A DNA stretch of 64,000 nt from Myxococcota bacterium (GTDB lineage: Bacteria > Myxococcota_A > SURF-8), in the NCBI GenBank assembly GCA_963674735.2, contig CAXXQS010000002.1:1024001-1088000 (forward strand), read 5' to 3'. The notes beneath the pieces were generated by a model that was given only the letters and a program-made list of their open reading frames with translations, was not told where the DNA came from and made no database searches. Positions 1 through 9,670 of the stretch are shown one piece after another (position 1 is the stretch's first letter; every line of letters begins with the position of its first letter). Made by a program: the position numbers and the translations under genes.

Positions 1-2
1 AT

Positions 3-140
3 GATCGCGATGAAGTACAGCGCCTGATGCTGACTCCCATCGCCCACGAAATCACCGAGCGCGAACCGCACAACGGTTATCTCATCCTCCAGGGCGGTTT
101 GCCCGAGGTGGAAGAGTTCTTGTCCAAAATCCGAAAATAG
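3..140 (+). CDS. 3' end of a CDS truncated by the window edge (hypothetical protein)
   Basis: Open frame from base 3 (DRDEVQRLMLTPIAHEITERE...FLSKIRK) to TAG at 138-140, followed by a terminator-like hairpin. Confidence 0.6.
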   Translation, partial: DRDEVQRLMLTPIAHEITEREPHNGYLILQGGLPEVEEFLSKIRK

Positions 141-160
141 ATACAATCGAACCCCGTTTT

Positions 161-193
161 AACGACCGTCAGCCTGCGGCGCGGTCGTTTTTT
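161..193 (+). terminator. Probable intrinsic terminator
   Basis: AACGACCG...CGGTCGTT stem followed by a T run, just after the stop at 140. Confidence 0.6.
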
Positions 194-334
194 CGTTTCG
201 ACCGCCCAGCCCAAAATCCTTTCCTCCCAAAAACAAAAAAGACGCGCCGCGACCAAAGGTTTTTGCCTGCAGCCCTCCTTCTCTGCTAAACTGCAGGCTA
301 TTTCGACACGAAAAAAACCAAATGGAGGATCGCC

Positions 335-1120
335 ATGCCGGAGTTCACCACCCTGACGACCGAAAGCCGCGACCGTGTTTTTTGCATCGGCTTTAACCGA
401 CCCGATAAGTTCAACTCCTTCAATCTGGCCATGCTGAAGGAATTGGCCGAAGCATACACTCTCTTCGAAAACGATCCCGAGCAACGTTGCGCGCTGGTCT
501 TCGCCCACGGCAAACACTTCACCGCCGGTCTCGATTTATCCGAAGTCGGTCCGGCCGTGGCCCAAGGCGCGCCCCTGTTCCCCGCCGGTTCCGTGGATCC
601 CATGGACCTGATGGAACCGCGCCGCAAAAAACCGGTGGTGATCGCCATGCAGGGCTATAGTTTCACCATCGGAGTCGAATTGGCTCTGGCCTGCGATATC
701 CGACTGGCGGCCGACGACGCCGTCTTCGCCCAGATGGAAGTCTGCCGAGGCATCATGCCCTTCGGCGGTGCGACGCTGCGTTTCTGGCAGATGAGCGGCT
801 GGGGCAACGCCATGCGCTACGTCTTGACCGGTGAACGCTTTCCGGCTGCCGAAGCTTTGCGTATTGGACTGGTGCAGGAAATCGTCCCGGCTGAACAGCT
901 TTTCGAACGCGGACTGGAAGTCGCGACCACGATTGCCAAACAAGCGCCGCTGGCGGTGCAGGCGGCCCGCCGGGCCTCCATGGTGGCCATGGAAAAAGGA
1001 CGCGAAGCCGCGCTTCAGGAATTGATGCAGGAAGCGACCGGCCTGATGGCTTCAGAAGATGCGGTCGAGGGAATGATGAGTTTCATCGAGCGCCGCGAAG
1101 CGGATTTTAAAGGTCGCTAA
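335..1120 (+). CDS. Enoyl-CoA hydratase/isomerase (crotonase family)
   Basis: NRPDKFN, FTAGLDL, ELALACDIR, EGMMSFIERR motifs; GGAGG RBS. Confidence 0.9.
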   Translation: MPEFTTLTTESRDRVFCIGFNRPDKFNSFNLAMLKELAEAYTLFENDPEQRCALVFAHGKHFTAGLDLSEVGPAVAQGAPLFPAGSVDPMDLMEPRRKKPVVIAMQGYSFTIGVELALACDIRLAADDAVFAQMEVCRGIMPFGGATLRFWQMSGWGNAMRYVLTGERFPAAEALRIGLVQEIVPAEQLFERGLEVATTIAKQAPLAVQAARRASMVAMEKGREAALQELMQEATGLMASEDAVEGMMSFIERREADFKGR

Positions 1121-1247
1121 GCGGATCAGCCGACATCGGGGCTTTGTCAATCTTCAGCGAATCCGGCCCACGACGGTCCCGACAGAGACGGCACGCAAAC
1201 CCTTGACTCCCGACTTTGAAAAAACACATGGCGAATGTGCGGAGAAA

Positions 1248-1463
1248 TCAGAGCGTTCTCGCCAATAACCAAGCCGTCCCCATAATCGAAGCGGCGATAA
1301 TAAGCTGCCAAGTCCACAGTTTAGGCGCGGGTCTATCCATTTTTTCCGTCCAGATATAGCCCTTTCCCCGGCATACCGGGCAGGGCAAGCCCAATGGCTC
1401 ATCCCCCTCGACAAACCGCAACCCCATACACTGCGGGCAGGCGACACGCACCACCTGTCCCAT
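1248..1463 (-). CDS. Small protein with two CxxC motifs and a C-terminal transmembrane helix
   Basis: MGQVVRVACPQCMG...PCPVCRGKG then LIIAASIMGTAWLLA; AAGGGG upstream of ATG at 1463. Confidence 0.6.
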   Translation of the reverse strand: MGQVVRVACPQCMGLRFVEGDEPLGLPCPVCRGKGYIWTEKMDRPAPKLWTWQLIIAASIMGTAWLLARTL

Positions 1464-1654
1464 CGTAGCCCCCTTTTCCGGAATCGACCGCAGATACCCC
1501 ACCGCGCAAGCCGATTCCGCTTCCATCAAACAGATTTGTTATCCAAATTTATACCCGCTCCAATTATCCCCACAAGTAATACAATTGCAAGAAATATTTG
1601 ATGGAAAAACGACGATTTACGGACATGTAAGTCTAAGATTGGAAGTGGACGCGT

Positions 1655-3313
1655 TTAGTCGCCGTTCCAAAGACGGGCCGAACCGGGGGTGGGGTCACTG
1701 ACAATGAAATCGAGGCTGTTGTCATCGATATCGGTATTGGCCAATTCGCGAACCAGCGAACGGCCCTCGGACGGAGCCGGAGCGGGATTGCCTTCCCCGA
1801 CGAAACTCCAGGTGCCGGTATCCGAATCGCCGAAGCCCACCGCATCGTAGATGAACCCGAGTTCTTCGGAGTCCAGAATCACGTTCATCGGCAGACCGCG
1901 CGTGAAGAACGTATCGAAGTTGTCGAGTACCAGATCGGCGGGCGGTCCTGCCGTTCCAGCAAGAACGAACAAGCCGTTTTCATTGAGGGTTTGTCCATCG
2001 AGGGTCACAACTGCATACCCGATATTCAGTCCATCGCCACCCTTAGACCATTTCTCGTAAAGTCGCATGCCGGTGAGATCGTAGCCGGGCGAACCCACCA
2101 ATTCGTAAAAGCCGTCATCAACCCCGGTACCCGGATAAACTTCCGAAATAACCGGTAAATCGATCAGAGGAGCATTATCGACGCCGAAAGGCGCACTGAC
2201 CGAAACCAAGGGCGGCTCGAAGGCGTTCCCCTCAACATCGAGCAGTTCCACCACAATCCGCAGATCCCGGACAATCCCTTTGCCCAGATCGGCCAAGCTG
2301 TCCCAAACAAAGGCATGATCGACTCCTTCCGGATGGGCGCGCAAGTTGCGGGTGTTGTCGGAGGGACCGATAAGCTGGGTGCAGGCCGTCGCCGTTTCTC
2401 CGCCGTCATCGGAATAACCGATCCAGACACGAAAGAGAGTCTCAGTGTTGCCGACAAGCGTGAAAGCCAGGGGGGCTTCACCGCGCAGGGTGGAGGCGGG
2501 ATCGGGTAGCTCCAGCGCCGCCGCGACCTCGAACGCGAGCCAGAAATGGTTGGAAACAACCGCCACGCCATCGCCAAGCGAATCCCTCGGGAGAAGAATC
2601 AGGCGCAGATTGTCACGATCGACATAGTCGAGATCCTGACCGGCGGCCCAGCGCAGTTCATGGATACTCCCTTCGGGAGTGGCGGCCAAGTCCGTCGCCT
2701 CGTCGAGCAGAGTGGCCGGACGATAGTTCTCCCCTCCGTCGATGGAAAAAGACAACTCCACCGAAACGGGGTCGTCCTCGGGATCGGCCAGACCAACCGA
2801 CAAAGCCACCACGCCGGAGCTGGTATCGGGTAATGGTGCGAAAGCGGCCTGGGGCGGCAGGTTGTCGTTCTCGACCGAAAAAGCAAGACTTTCGGCGGCG
2901 GAGGCGGCTGCCGGGTTCTGGGCAGCCACACGCAGGCTGACTTCGGCTCGGTTGAACCCGATATCCGCATAGCTATCCCACAAAAAGACACGCGCCTGCG
3001 TGGTGCCGTCGGAACGAAAGCCCTGCCCATCCGTCGCACCGGCGGCGGCGCTGGCGGCGCGCCATTTATCGCGGCCTTCCGTACGGTACGAGACACTGAT
3101 CTGTACCGGATAACCGCTGGCATCGGCCAGATTGAAGGAAACCGGCACCACCCCGCGAACGCTCTCGCCGGGCAATTCGATATCCGAGATCACCGGGGCC
3201 GGACCGCTATCGGTCCCGACGCCACAGGCAGGCAAAACAAACAGGACGACTATCAGCCACAAGATCTGCGGCCCAAAGCTCATCCGACATGATGTGTAAA
3301 ACGGCGTTTTCAT
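1655..3313 (-). CDS. Lipoprotein with three repeated beta-rich domains and a C-terminal lamin-tail-like domain
   Basis: Lipobox VLPAC; repeated SxD/EGG..YR/WR..A and G..H/R.F/L.W motifs; PVISEVY..FYEL..DL.G and DxDDNxxDF....PTPG typical of LTD; start 3313 or 3283. Confidence 0.7.
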   Translation of the reverse strand: MKTPFYTSCRMSFGPQILWLIVVLFVLPACGVGTDSGPAPVISDIELPGESVRGVVPVSFNLADASGYPVQISVSYRTEGRDKWRAASAAAGATDGQGFRSDGTTQARVFLWDSYADIGFNRAEVSLRVAAQNPAAASAAESLAFSVENDNLPPQAAFAPLPDTSSGVVALSVGLADPEDDPVSVELSFSIDGGENYRPATLLDEATDLAATPEGSIHELRWAAGQDLDYVDRDNLRLILLPRDSLGDGVAVVSNHFWLAFEVAAALELPDPASTLRGEAPLAFTLVGNTETLFRVWIGYSDDGGETATACTQLIGPSDNTRNLRAHPEGVDHAFVWDSLADLGKGIVRDLRIVVELLDVEGNAFEPPLVSVSAPFGVDNAPLIDLPVISEVYPGTGVDDGFYELVGSPGYDLTGMRLYEKWSKGGDGLNIGYAVVTLDGQTLNENGLFVLAGTAGPPADLVLDNFDTFFTRGLPMNVILDSEELGFIYDAVGFGDSDTGTWSFVGEGNPAPAPSEGRSLVRELANTDIDDNSLDFIVSDPTPGSARLWNGD

Positions 3314-3531
3314 CGCGTCAATCTTAACACAACGCCGGGCTGGGTCAAGATAGAAGAAAGCCTGTCGCCCACATGCGGGAAGACCGCCTCCGACAATCCT
3401 CTTCGAGACATGAACCAGAACAAAAAGGCGCCGTGTGCCGTCAAGCGATGCCGTAACAACTTGAAAAGCCTTTATCATTCCGGTATAATATAATGAATGG
3501 AGCCCACGTGCGCTCCGCGATGGAGGTTTGC

Positions 3532-4554
3532 ATGCAACGATACGTCCCGGTTCGCCTGGCGCTCTGGGTTTGTTTGGTCGCGCTATGCCTGGGCGGCTGC
3601 AAGCGCACTTATCCGGAAGACGAACCTTTCGACTTCGATTTCTACCCCGACGGCGACAGCGAACAGGTCGTCGAACCCGATGGCGACGGCCTCATCCCCG
3701 GCGATGGCGACGGCCCCGACATCGGCCCGGTGGATCAACGCCCGCAAACGCGGGATGCCGCCGTCGAACCCTTCGGACCCGGCGAGTGGAATCCCCCGAC
3801 GCCGCATCTCACCCCGGACGGCGAGATGACCATCGCTCCCTTCGAAACACTGAATTTTCATGCCGATGCCTCACTCCCGGCCGAAGGCGACATTACCGAT
3901 TATTACTGGCATCTGGTTCAATCCCCCGCTCTGACATTGTCCACACTCGATTTGTCGCCTAATGGCGTCGCCGCCGCTCTGACCCCCGATTTCGCCGGAC
4001 AGTACACTCTGCGCCTCAACGTACGCGACGAAGGCGGCGTGGGTTTCGCTCCGGCGCGCGCCGACATCTGGGTTCGTCCGCAAACGGCTCTATACGTGGA
4101 ATTGGGTTGGACAACCCCCGGCGATGACGATGAAGCCGACGACTGCACCGGTTGCGGAGCCGATCTCGACCTTCACATGGTTCCGCTCGGCGGTCTATGG
4201 GGCGGGCCGCTCGACTGTACCTGGTTGAGTCCGCAGGTGGATTGGAGCGGCGAACATGACCCGCAACAGGCCTGCGTTCTCGCCCGTGAAGATTTCACCG
4301 GACGCGGCCCGGAGATCGCACAGGTGGAGGATCCCAGCAATCTGCCCGCCATCGCCATCGGCGCGCAGGTTCTCGACGATGCCGGATTCGGTCCGAGTAC
4401 GGCGCGATTGGTGATCTGGCTGGACGGCGAAGCGGTGTTTACGGGAGAGAGCGACCCGCTGGACATCGGACAATTCTGGACCGCCGCCACTCTGCGGTCG
4501 GACGGAACGGTATTGCCCGTCAACCGCGTCAGTGATGGTTACCCGAACAATTGA
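3532..4554 (+). CDS. Lipoprotein with PKD/Ig-like domain and ELGW...DLDLH (YfaP-like) domain
   Basis: Lipobox LGGC, DGD linker, YYW..PDFAGQYTLRLNV, ADLDLHM, GPE motifs; GGAGG RBS before ATG 3532. Confidence 0.7.
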   Translation: MQRYVPVRLALWVCLVALCLGGCKRTYPEDEPFDFDFYPDGDSEQVVEPDGDGLIPGDGDGPDIGPVDQRPQTRDAAVEPFGPGEWNPPTPHLTPDGEMTIAPFETLNFHADASLPAEGDITDYYWHLVQSPALTLSTLDLSPNGVAAALTPDFAGQYTLRLNVRDEGGVGFAPARADIWVRPQTALYVELGWTTPGDDDEADDCTGCGADLDLHMVPLGGLWGGPLDCTWLSPQVDWSGEHDPQQACVLAREDFTGRGPEIAQVEDPSNLPAIAIGAQVLDDAGFGPSTARLVIWLDGEAVFTGESDPLDIGQFWTAATLRSDGTVLPVNRVSDGYPNN

Positions 4555-5560
4555 TCCCGCATTGGTGCGGAGGAGCCTGCTTCCGTTGCGGCCGCCACTC
4601 GTCGTAGGCGGATGAGGTCCGCGCGCAACCGACGGTGCAGTAGGTACAGCAGGTTTTGATGGTATCGAACTGCTCCTTGAGGTCGTCGATGGTGTACTCC
4701 ATCAACGGCTTGGCGAAATCGTCGCGTTGCTGGCTGCACCAATGCACCACCCCGAACTCGTCCAAGTACAGATAACGGGCACCGGAACGACACTTGAACG
4801 GCGCGGGCTTGCCATCGAGCAAACGCTCGCGGTAGCCGTGCGATTCTTTGAAACGACGACCGATACGGCGCTTGGCTTCCTCATAGGCCGCCAACTCTTC
4901 CGCACTCAGCTTCACCTGACCGTCTTCGCCGTGGATCAAGAGCACCCGCGGCACGAACTTCATCTCACGTGCAAAGTCTACCATCTCCAACACTTCATGT
5001 GGAGGTGCAGCCCCCACCACCGCCGACAGGGTCACGGTGAAGCGCGCCCGTTCCGAAATCATGCGCAGCTTGTCGCGCAATGGATCGAGCACCTTGACGG
5101 TCATGGCGTTGGTTTTCACGCCGTCGATCGAAACCTGCAAGTCGGTCAACCCGGCTTCGTTCAACTGCTCCACGCGCCGTTCGGTGAACAGATAAGCGTT
5201 CGAAATCATCATTCGGGCCGGAAAACCCAACTCGGTGGCATAGCGTACCGCCTCCACCAGATCGGGATTCAAAAGCGGTTCGCCCCCGGTGAACTCCACC
5301 GCCAGAGCCCCCAGTTCGTGGATTTTATCGAGCTGGCGTTTGAGTGTATCAAGCGGCAGAGGATTGGATACCTTATCGAATTCGTTGCAGTAACCGCAAG
5401 CCAGGTTGCAGCGGCGCGTGACCACCATTTGCACCAGAAACGGGCTGTAACCGAATTGATCTTTCAGGCCCACCGGCAAGCGCGGACGATCGAGGATGAA
5501 GTGCCGGGCGATGCGCACGGCATTGGATAATTTTTCCTGAAGCAAACGACGTGTCGCCAT
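4529..5560 (-). CDS. Radical SAM protein with C-terminal Cys cluster (SPASM/twitch-like)
   Basis: CNLACGYC, TGGEPLL, VSIDG; later CRSG...HWC...CTYCTVGC. Confidence 0.9.
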   Translation of the reverse strand: MATRRLLQEKLSNAVRIARHFILDRPRLPVGLKDQFGYSPFLVQMVVTRRCNLACGYCNEFDKVSNPLPLDTLKRQLDKIHELGALAVEFTGGEPLLNPDLVEAVRYATELGFPARMMISNAYLFTERRVEQLNEAGLTDLQVSIDGVKTNAMTVKVLDPLRDKLRMISERARFTVTLSAVVGAAPPHEVLEMVDFAREMKFVPRVLLIHGEDGQVKLSAEELAAYEEAKRRIGRRFKESHGYRERLLDGKPAPFKCRSGARYLYLDEFGVVHWCSQQRDDFAKPLMEYTIDDLKEQFDTIKTCCTYCTVGCARTSSAYDEWRPQRKQAPPHQCGINCSGNHH

Positions 5561-5563
5561 GGA

Positions 5564-8292
5564 TCAGCCGTCCTTTCGTGAGCGCCGCGCATCCATGAAA
5601 ATCAGCAACGCGGGGAAAGAAAGCACCGAAGACACCAGACAACATCCGATGCCCACAACTGCCAGAAGACCGATGGAGTTGAGCCCGGCATGATTGGCCA
5701 GATTCATACCGGCGAAGCCGATCATGGTGGTCAAGGACGCCAGCGTCACCGCCCAGCCGGAAGTGGCTAAAACCTTGGGCACCGAGCCCGGTCCCTCTTC
5801 CAGATAACGGTGGTAGATATGCACCCCGTTATCGACCCCGATTCCAATGAGCGAGGGCAATACCACCATATTGAAAAACGATAGCTTGATACCGTCGTAA
5901 GCCATCACTCCGCACAACATCAGCACACCGCCCAGAAGCGGCGTCATCACGAACAGGGTATGCCGCAACGAGCGAAAATCGATCAACAACAGCAAAAACA
6001 CCACCAGGATGCTGGCGCCGATGGCGATCTTGCCGTCCTCTTCCATCGCCCACATGGTGTCGGCGAAAACGAAAGCCTCACCGGCCGGGTAGAAGGTCTT
6101 CCCGCCGATTTCCAGCTTCGAGGCCTCTTCCGTAAAACGAATGGAGGCAATGCCGTTCCAGGTATCGACGTTGGTGTAGATCATGTTCAAAATGCCCACC
6201 CGGTGCTGGGTCCAGCGGATCAACTTGGCCAAGACGGGATCATCGGACTTGGGCGTATCGGGTATCTCGACATTCGCCACCCATTTCGCCACCCGCTCTT
6301 TCGCCTCGGCGGAAACCTGCGGCCAGCGGCGGGTCAGTTCACTGACGAAACGATCGTCGAGGCTTGTGCCCTTCCACCCTTTCATGGTGTCTTTCAGGAA
6401 GGGAATCAGCTCTTCCTTGCCCGCGCGCACGATGGAGAACGTGCGAATCACCTTTTCGGGCAATTCGAACAAGGCGGGCGGCGGGGTGCGCGTCATCGTG
6501 CGCAGTTGCTCGGCGTCGGCCCGGTTTTGCTCATCGCCGATCATATCGAGGTTCTCGTCGGTAAGCAGCTTCTCGATCTCGCCGATGATCATCCGTTTGC
6601 GCGACAGATCGTCCGGGAGGAAGGTGAACAATGAACGAATGATCTTGAGGGTGGTGCGCGGCGTGGTATCGCGCATCTCCATCACATGATCATGCACTTG
6701 CTTGGTCTCCGCCAGGTCTTCGGCGATCACCATCACCGGCTGCAACGACAGAGGCATGGCCTTGCCGTATTTTTTGCTCATGTTGAGCACCGGGTTGTTG
6801 CGGGTGCGCAGCTTGGCGAAGTTGTATTCGAAATCGATGGGCGGCACACAACAGTCGCCGGGTTCCGGCGCGCAACGCCGCGTATCGGAATACCAGGGGT
6901 TGTCGGTGTGACATTGGAAACTGCGATAGATCGTGTAGCCGCCGAACAGCATGATCAAGGCGGTCAACAGCACCACCCAGCCGGGTTTGGGAATGCCGAT
7001 CGGCTTGACATCATGGTTGGTAGCGTTTTTACGGACGATGGGCCAGATCCGCTCCGAAATCACCAGCATGGCCGGATGAACGACGAACGAGGCGATCACG
7101 CAGAAGACCACCCCGGTTCCAGCCAGAAAACCGAACTGTGAAAACCCGCGAAAATCAGCCAGTGTAAGGGAGAAAAAGGCGGCGGCCGTGGTTACCGAAC
7201 CGGTAAAGATGGCACGGCCGGTTTTCGTTTCGGCCTCCAGCAGACTGCCCGGAATGTCGACACCCTTATGGCGGTTTTCCATGTAGCGATTCAGGAAATG
7301 GATGCAGAAATCGATACCCAGCCGAGCAACACCGCGAAGATGAACGCGGTGATCATGTTCAGATAACCATACTTGAACTGCGCCACAGCCAGCGCCCAGG
7401 TGATGCCCATGATCAAGGGCACCATCACGGTCACGATGGCCCGCAGGCGACGGAAGTAGAGGGTGATCAGCAGAGTCAGCAAGATCATCGTCGTGCCCAT
7501 GGAGCGCACCAGATCATTGATGATACTCTGTTTTTCGACCATTTTATTACGGTAGCTGCCCCCCAGGTCGAAGGTGGTGTCGCCGAATTTTCCCGCCGCA
7601 ATCACTTCGTTGCCCACGATACGCACGTGGTGGAGCAAGCGTTGGTTGAAGCCCAGATCGGAGGACGACTGGGTGGGTTTGACCAGCACACCCAGAACGC
7701 TCTCGTCGTCGGAAATGAAGTACTCCTTAAAGTCGCCGGTACGGTATTTCTGATGCAGACTCTTCTGCCGCCAGACCTCGTCGTCGTCCTCTTCCTCTGC
7801 CTCGTCGTCGTCGAGATCGACGTACAGCGGGTTGGCTTTGAGCTTTTCCTCACGAACGCGGTCGTCCAGCTTCTCCCATACTTCCATCAACTCGTCGCGC
7901 GATAGGAAATAGAGGGCGCGGTCTTTGAAGTACTGGATATCGTTTCGTAAATCGACCTTCTGAACGAAGATCTCCTTCCCTTCTTTCAAGCGCTGTTCTT
8001 TGTGAACCAGCAAGGCTTCTTTGAGCGCATGACCGAAGGCTTTCATCTGCGCGGGCTCGGAGCCCTCTACCATGACCATCAGATAACCGGCCGCCCCGAT
8101 TTCCTTCATGGTTTTTTCGAGGTTCGTCACCGAGAAGGTGTGCTCGGGCAACAAATCGCCGATGTTGGTTTTAATCTTGAGTTTGGAGGCGTAATACCCC
8201 GCCCCCACAGTCAGAAGCAGCGCCAAAACGAGAATCCAAACCGGGAACCGGTAAACGAGCGTCGCCAGGAACTTCAAAAACCGTTCAATCAT
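5564..8292 (-). pseudogene. MMPL/RND (HpnN-like) transporter split by a 1-bp frameshift near 7321 (real pseudogene or sequencing error)
   Basis: ORFs 7291-8292 and 5564-7282 are the two halves; adding one base restores LLGLGIDFCIHFLNRYMENR, the first-repeat counterpart of GIGVDNGVHIYHRY. Confidence 0.85.
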
Positions 8293-8344
8293 GCGGTCCT
8301 CCCGCTAAACCTGCGTCCGTAATCGACACTCACGACCTGCCCCC

Positions 8345-9670
8345 TCAGTCGCCCACGGGTTGAGCAAGCCGGACTTTCAAGCGCCAGATGCGCACCGACA
8401 AGGTCAAAACGCCGTAGGCGGTCATCATCCAGTAGCCGGGGTAATAGGCACCGGCCAACAAGAAGGGGATCAAGGTCCAGATATAGGTGTTGCGACGCCC
8501 CGAGATCACCCGGAAACGACGCTCGAAGTCGCCCGCATCATCGAGCTGGATGTTACGACGCTTTTTCATCACCAGACCCACGTAGATGTCGGCCATATTA
8601 CAGAAGAACAGGATTCCGAACAGAATATACGGCATTTGCCCGTATCCCTGATTCGACAGGTAGTAGGCCATAGCCCAATACCAGGTGTTTTCGTAAATTT
8701 TATCGAGTACCTCTTCGATGCGCCCGAATTCCGACGTCATCATTTTTACGCGCGCCTGCTTGCCGTCCAGGCCGTCGAGAATGCCCACCGCCAGCGCACC
8801 GGCCATCGCCGGAACCAACGCACCCACGGCAAAGGCGTAAGCCGCCGCAAAGGCCACGATATTGTTGATCAACGTGAGTTGGTTGGGCGTAATCGACCAT
8901 TCGCAGATGTGATAGACGATCCATTTTTCGATGGGCCGGTGAATGTACCAGGCGGGCCAGTCGAGCACGCTTTTCTGGGCGTGATTCAACAGCTCGCGTT
9001 TGGCCGCAGGGTTGTCTCCCGGACGACTGATCGGCAGCCACAAATAGGGCACGTCCCGGCGCATATCGTAGTGATAAGTCGGCAAAGTTGCGGTATCGAC
9101 GAGCGCATCGGGGCTATCGGACACAACCGATTTCAGCAATTCAGCGAGCCAGGCGTCGCCTTTTTCGGGTTTGAGCGCACCGATGCGTCCGGCCCGCAGT
9201 CGCGCCACACCGTTGAAAATATAGGATTTACCACCCAACTCCAATTTCAAACCGCGTGCCGCATCGCCGGAAGCCGCCACACTCTCGGGTAGCAGCGCAA
9301 CCTGCTCGTCGGCGCTCTCACCGAATGAATTGGACAGCCGCTCATCGAACAGGGACGCACCGTCGAGCAACAGCCAGGGGGCGTTGTCGTTGGCCGCAAA
9401 CGTACCGTCCAGATCCAGCCGTCCATCGGCGCCCGGCCACGTCAGCCGCAGACGCATCTTGAGCGAAGCCAGCCGATCCATTTCGGCCTGCAACGCCTCA
9501 TCGCGTCCGGCCGCCACCACCAGCGCCTCCGATACCCCGGCCTTGCGCAGGATCCGCACCTGTCGCTCAAGCAAAGTGATACCGCCGATACGAATCAGCG
9601 CGCGCGGTCCCGAACCGCTTTCGGTCGGTGCCGTGGCCGCGATCAATCCACGCAAATTGCGAGTATTCAT
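8345..9670 (-). CDS. NTP-transferase-like domain fused to CDP-alcohol phosphatidyltransferase
   Basis: N-terminal PRALIRIGGITLLER; C-terminal ITPNQLT and DGLDGKQAR...G..E...D signature with TM helices. Confidence 0.85.
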   Translation of the reverse strand: MNTRNLRGLIAATAPTESGSGPRALIRIGGITLLERQVRILRKAGVSEALVVAAGRDEALQAEMDRLASLKMRLRLTWPGADGRLDLDGTFAANDNAPWLLLDGASLFDERLSNSFGESADEQVALLPESVAASGDAARGLKLELGGKSYIFNGVARLRAGRIGALKPEKGDAWLAELLKSVVSDSPDALVDTATLPTYHYDMRRDVPYLWLPISRPGDNPAAKRELLNHAQKSVLDWPAWYIHRPIEKWIVYHICEWSITPNQLTLINNIVAFAAAYAFAVGALVPAMAGALAVGILDGLDGKQARVKMMTSEFGRIEEVLDKIYENTWYWAMAYYLSNQGYGQMPYILFGILFFCNMADIYVGLVMKKRRNIQLDDAGDFERRFRVISGRRNTYIWTLIPFLLAGAYYPGYWMMTAYGVLTLSVRIWRLKVRLAQPVGD

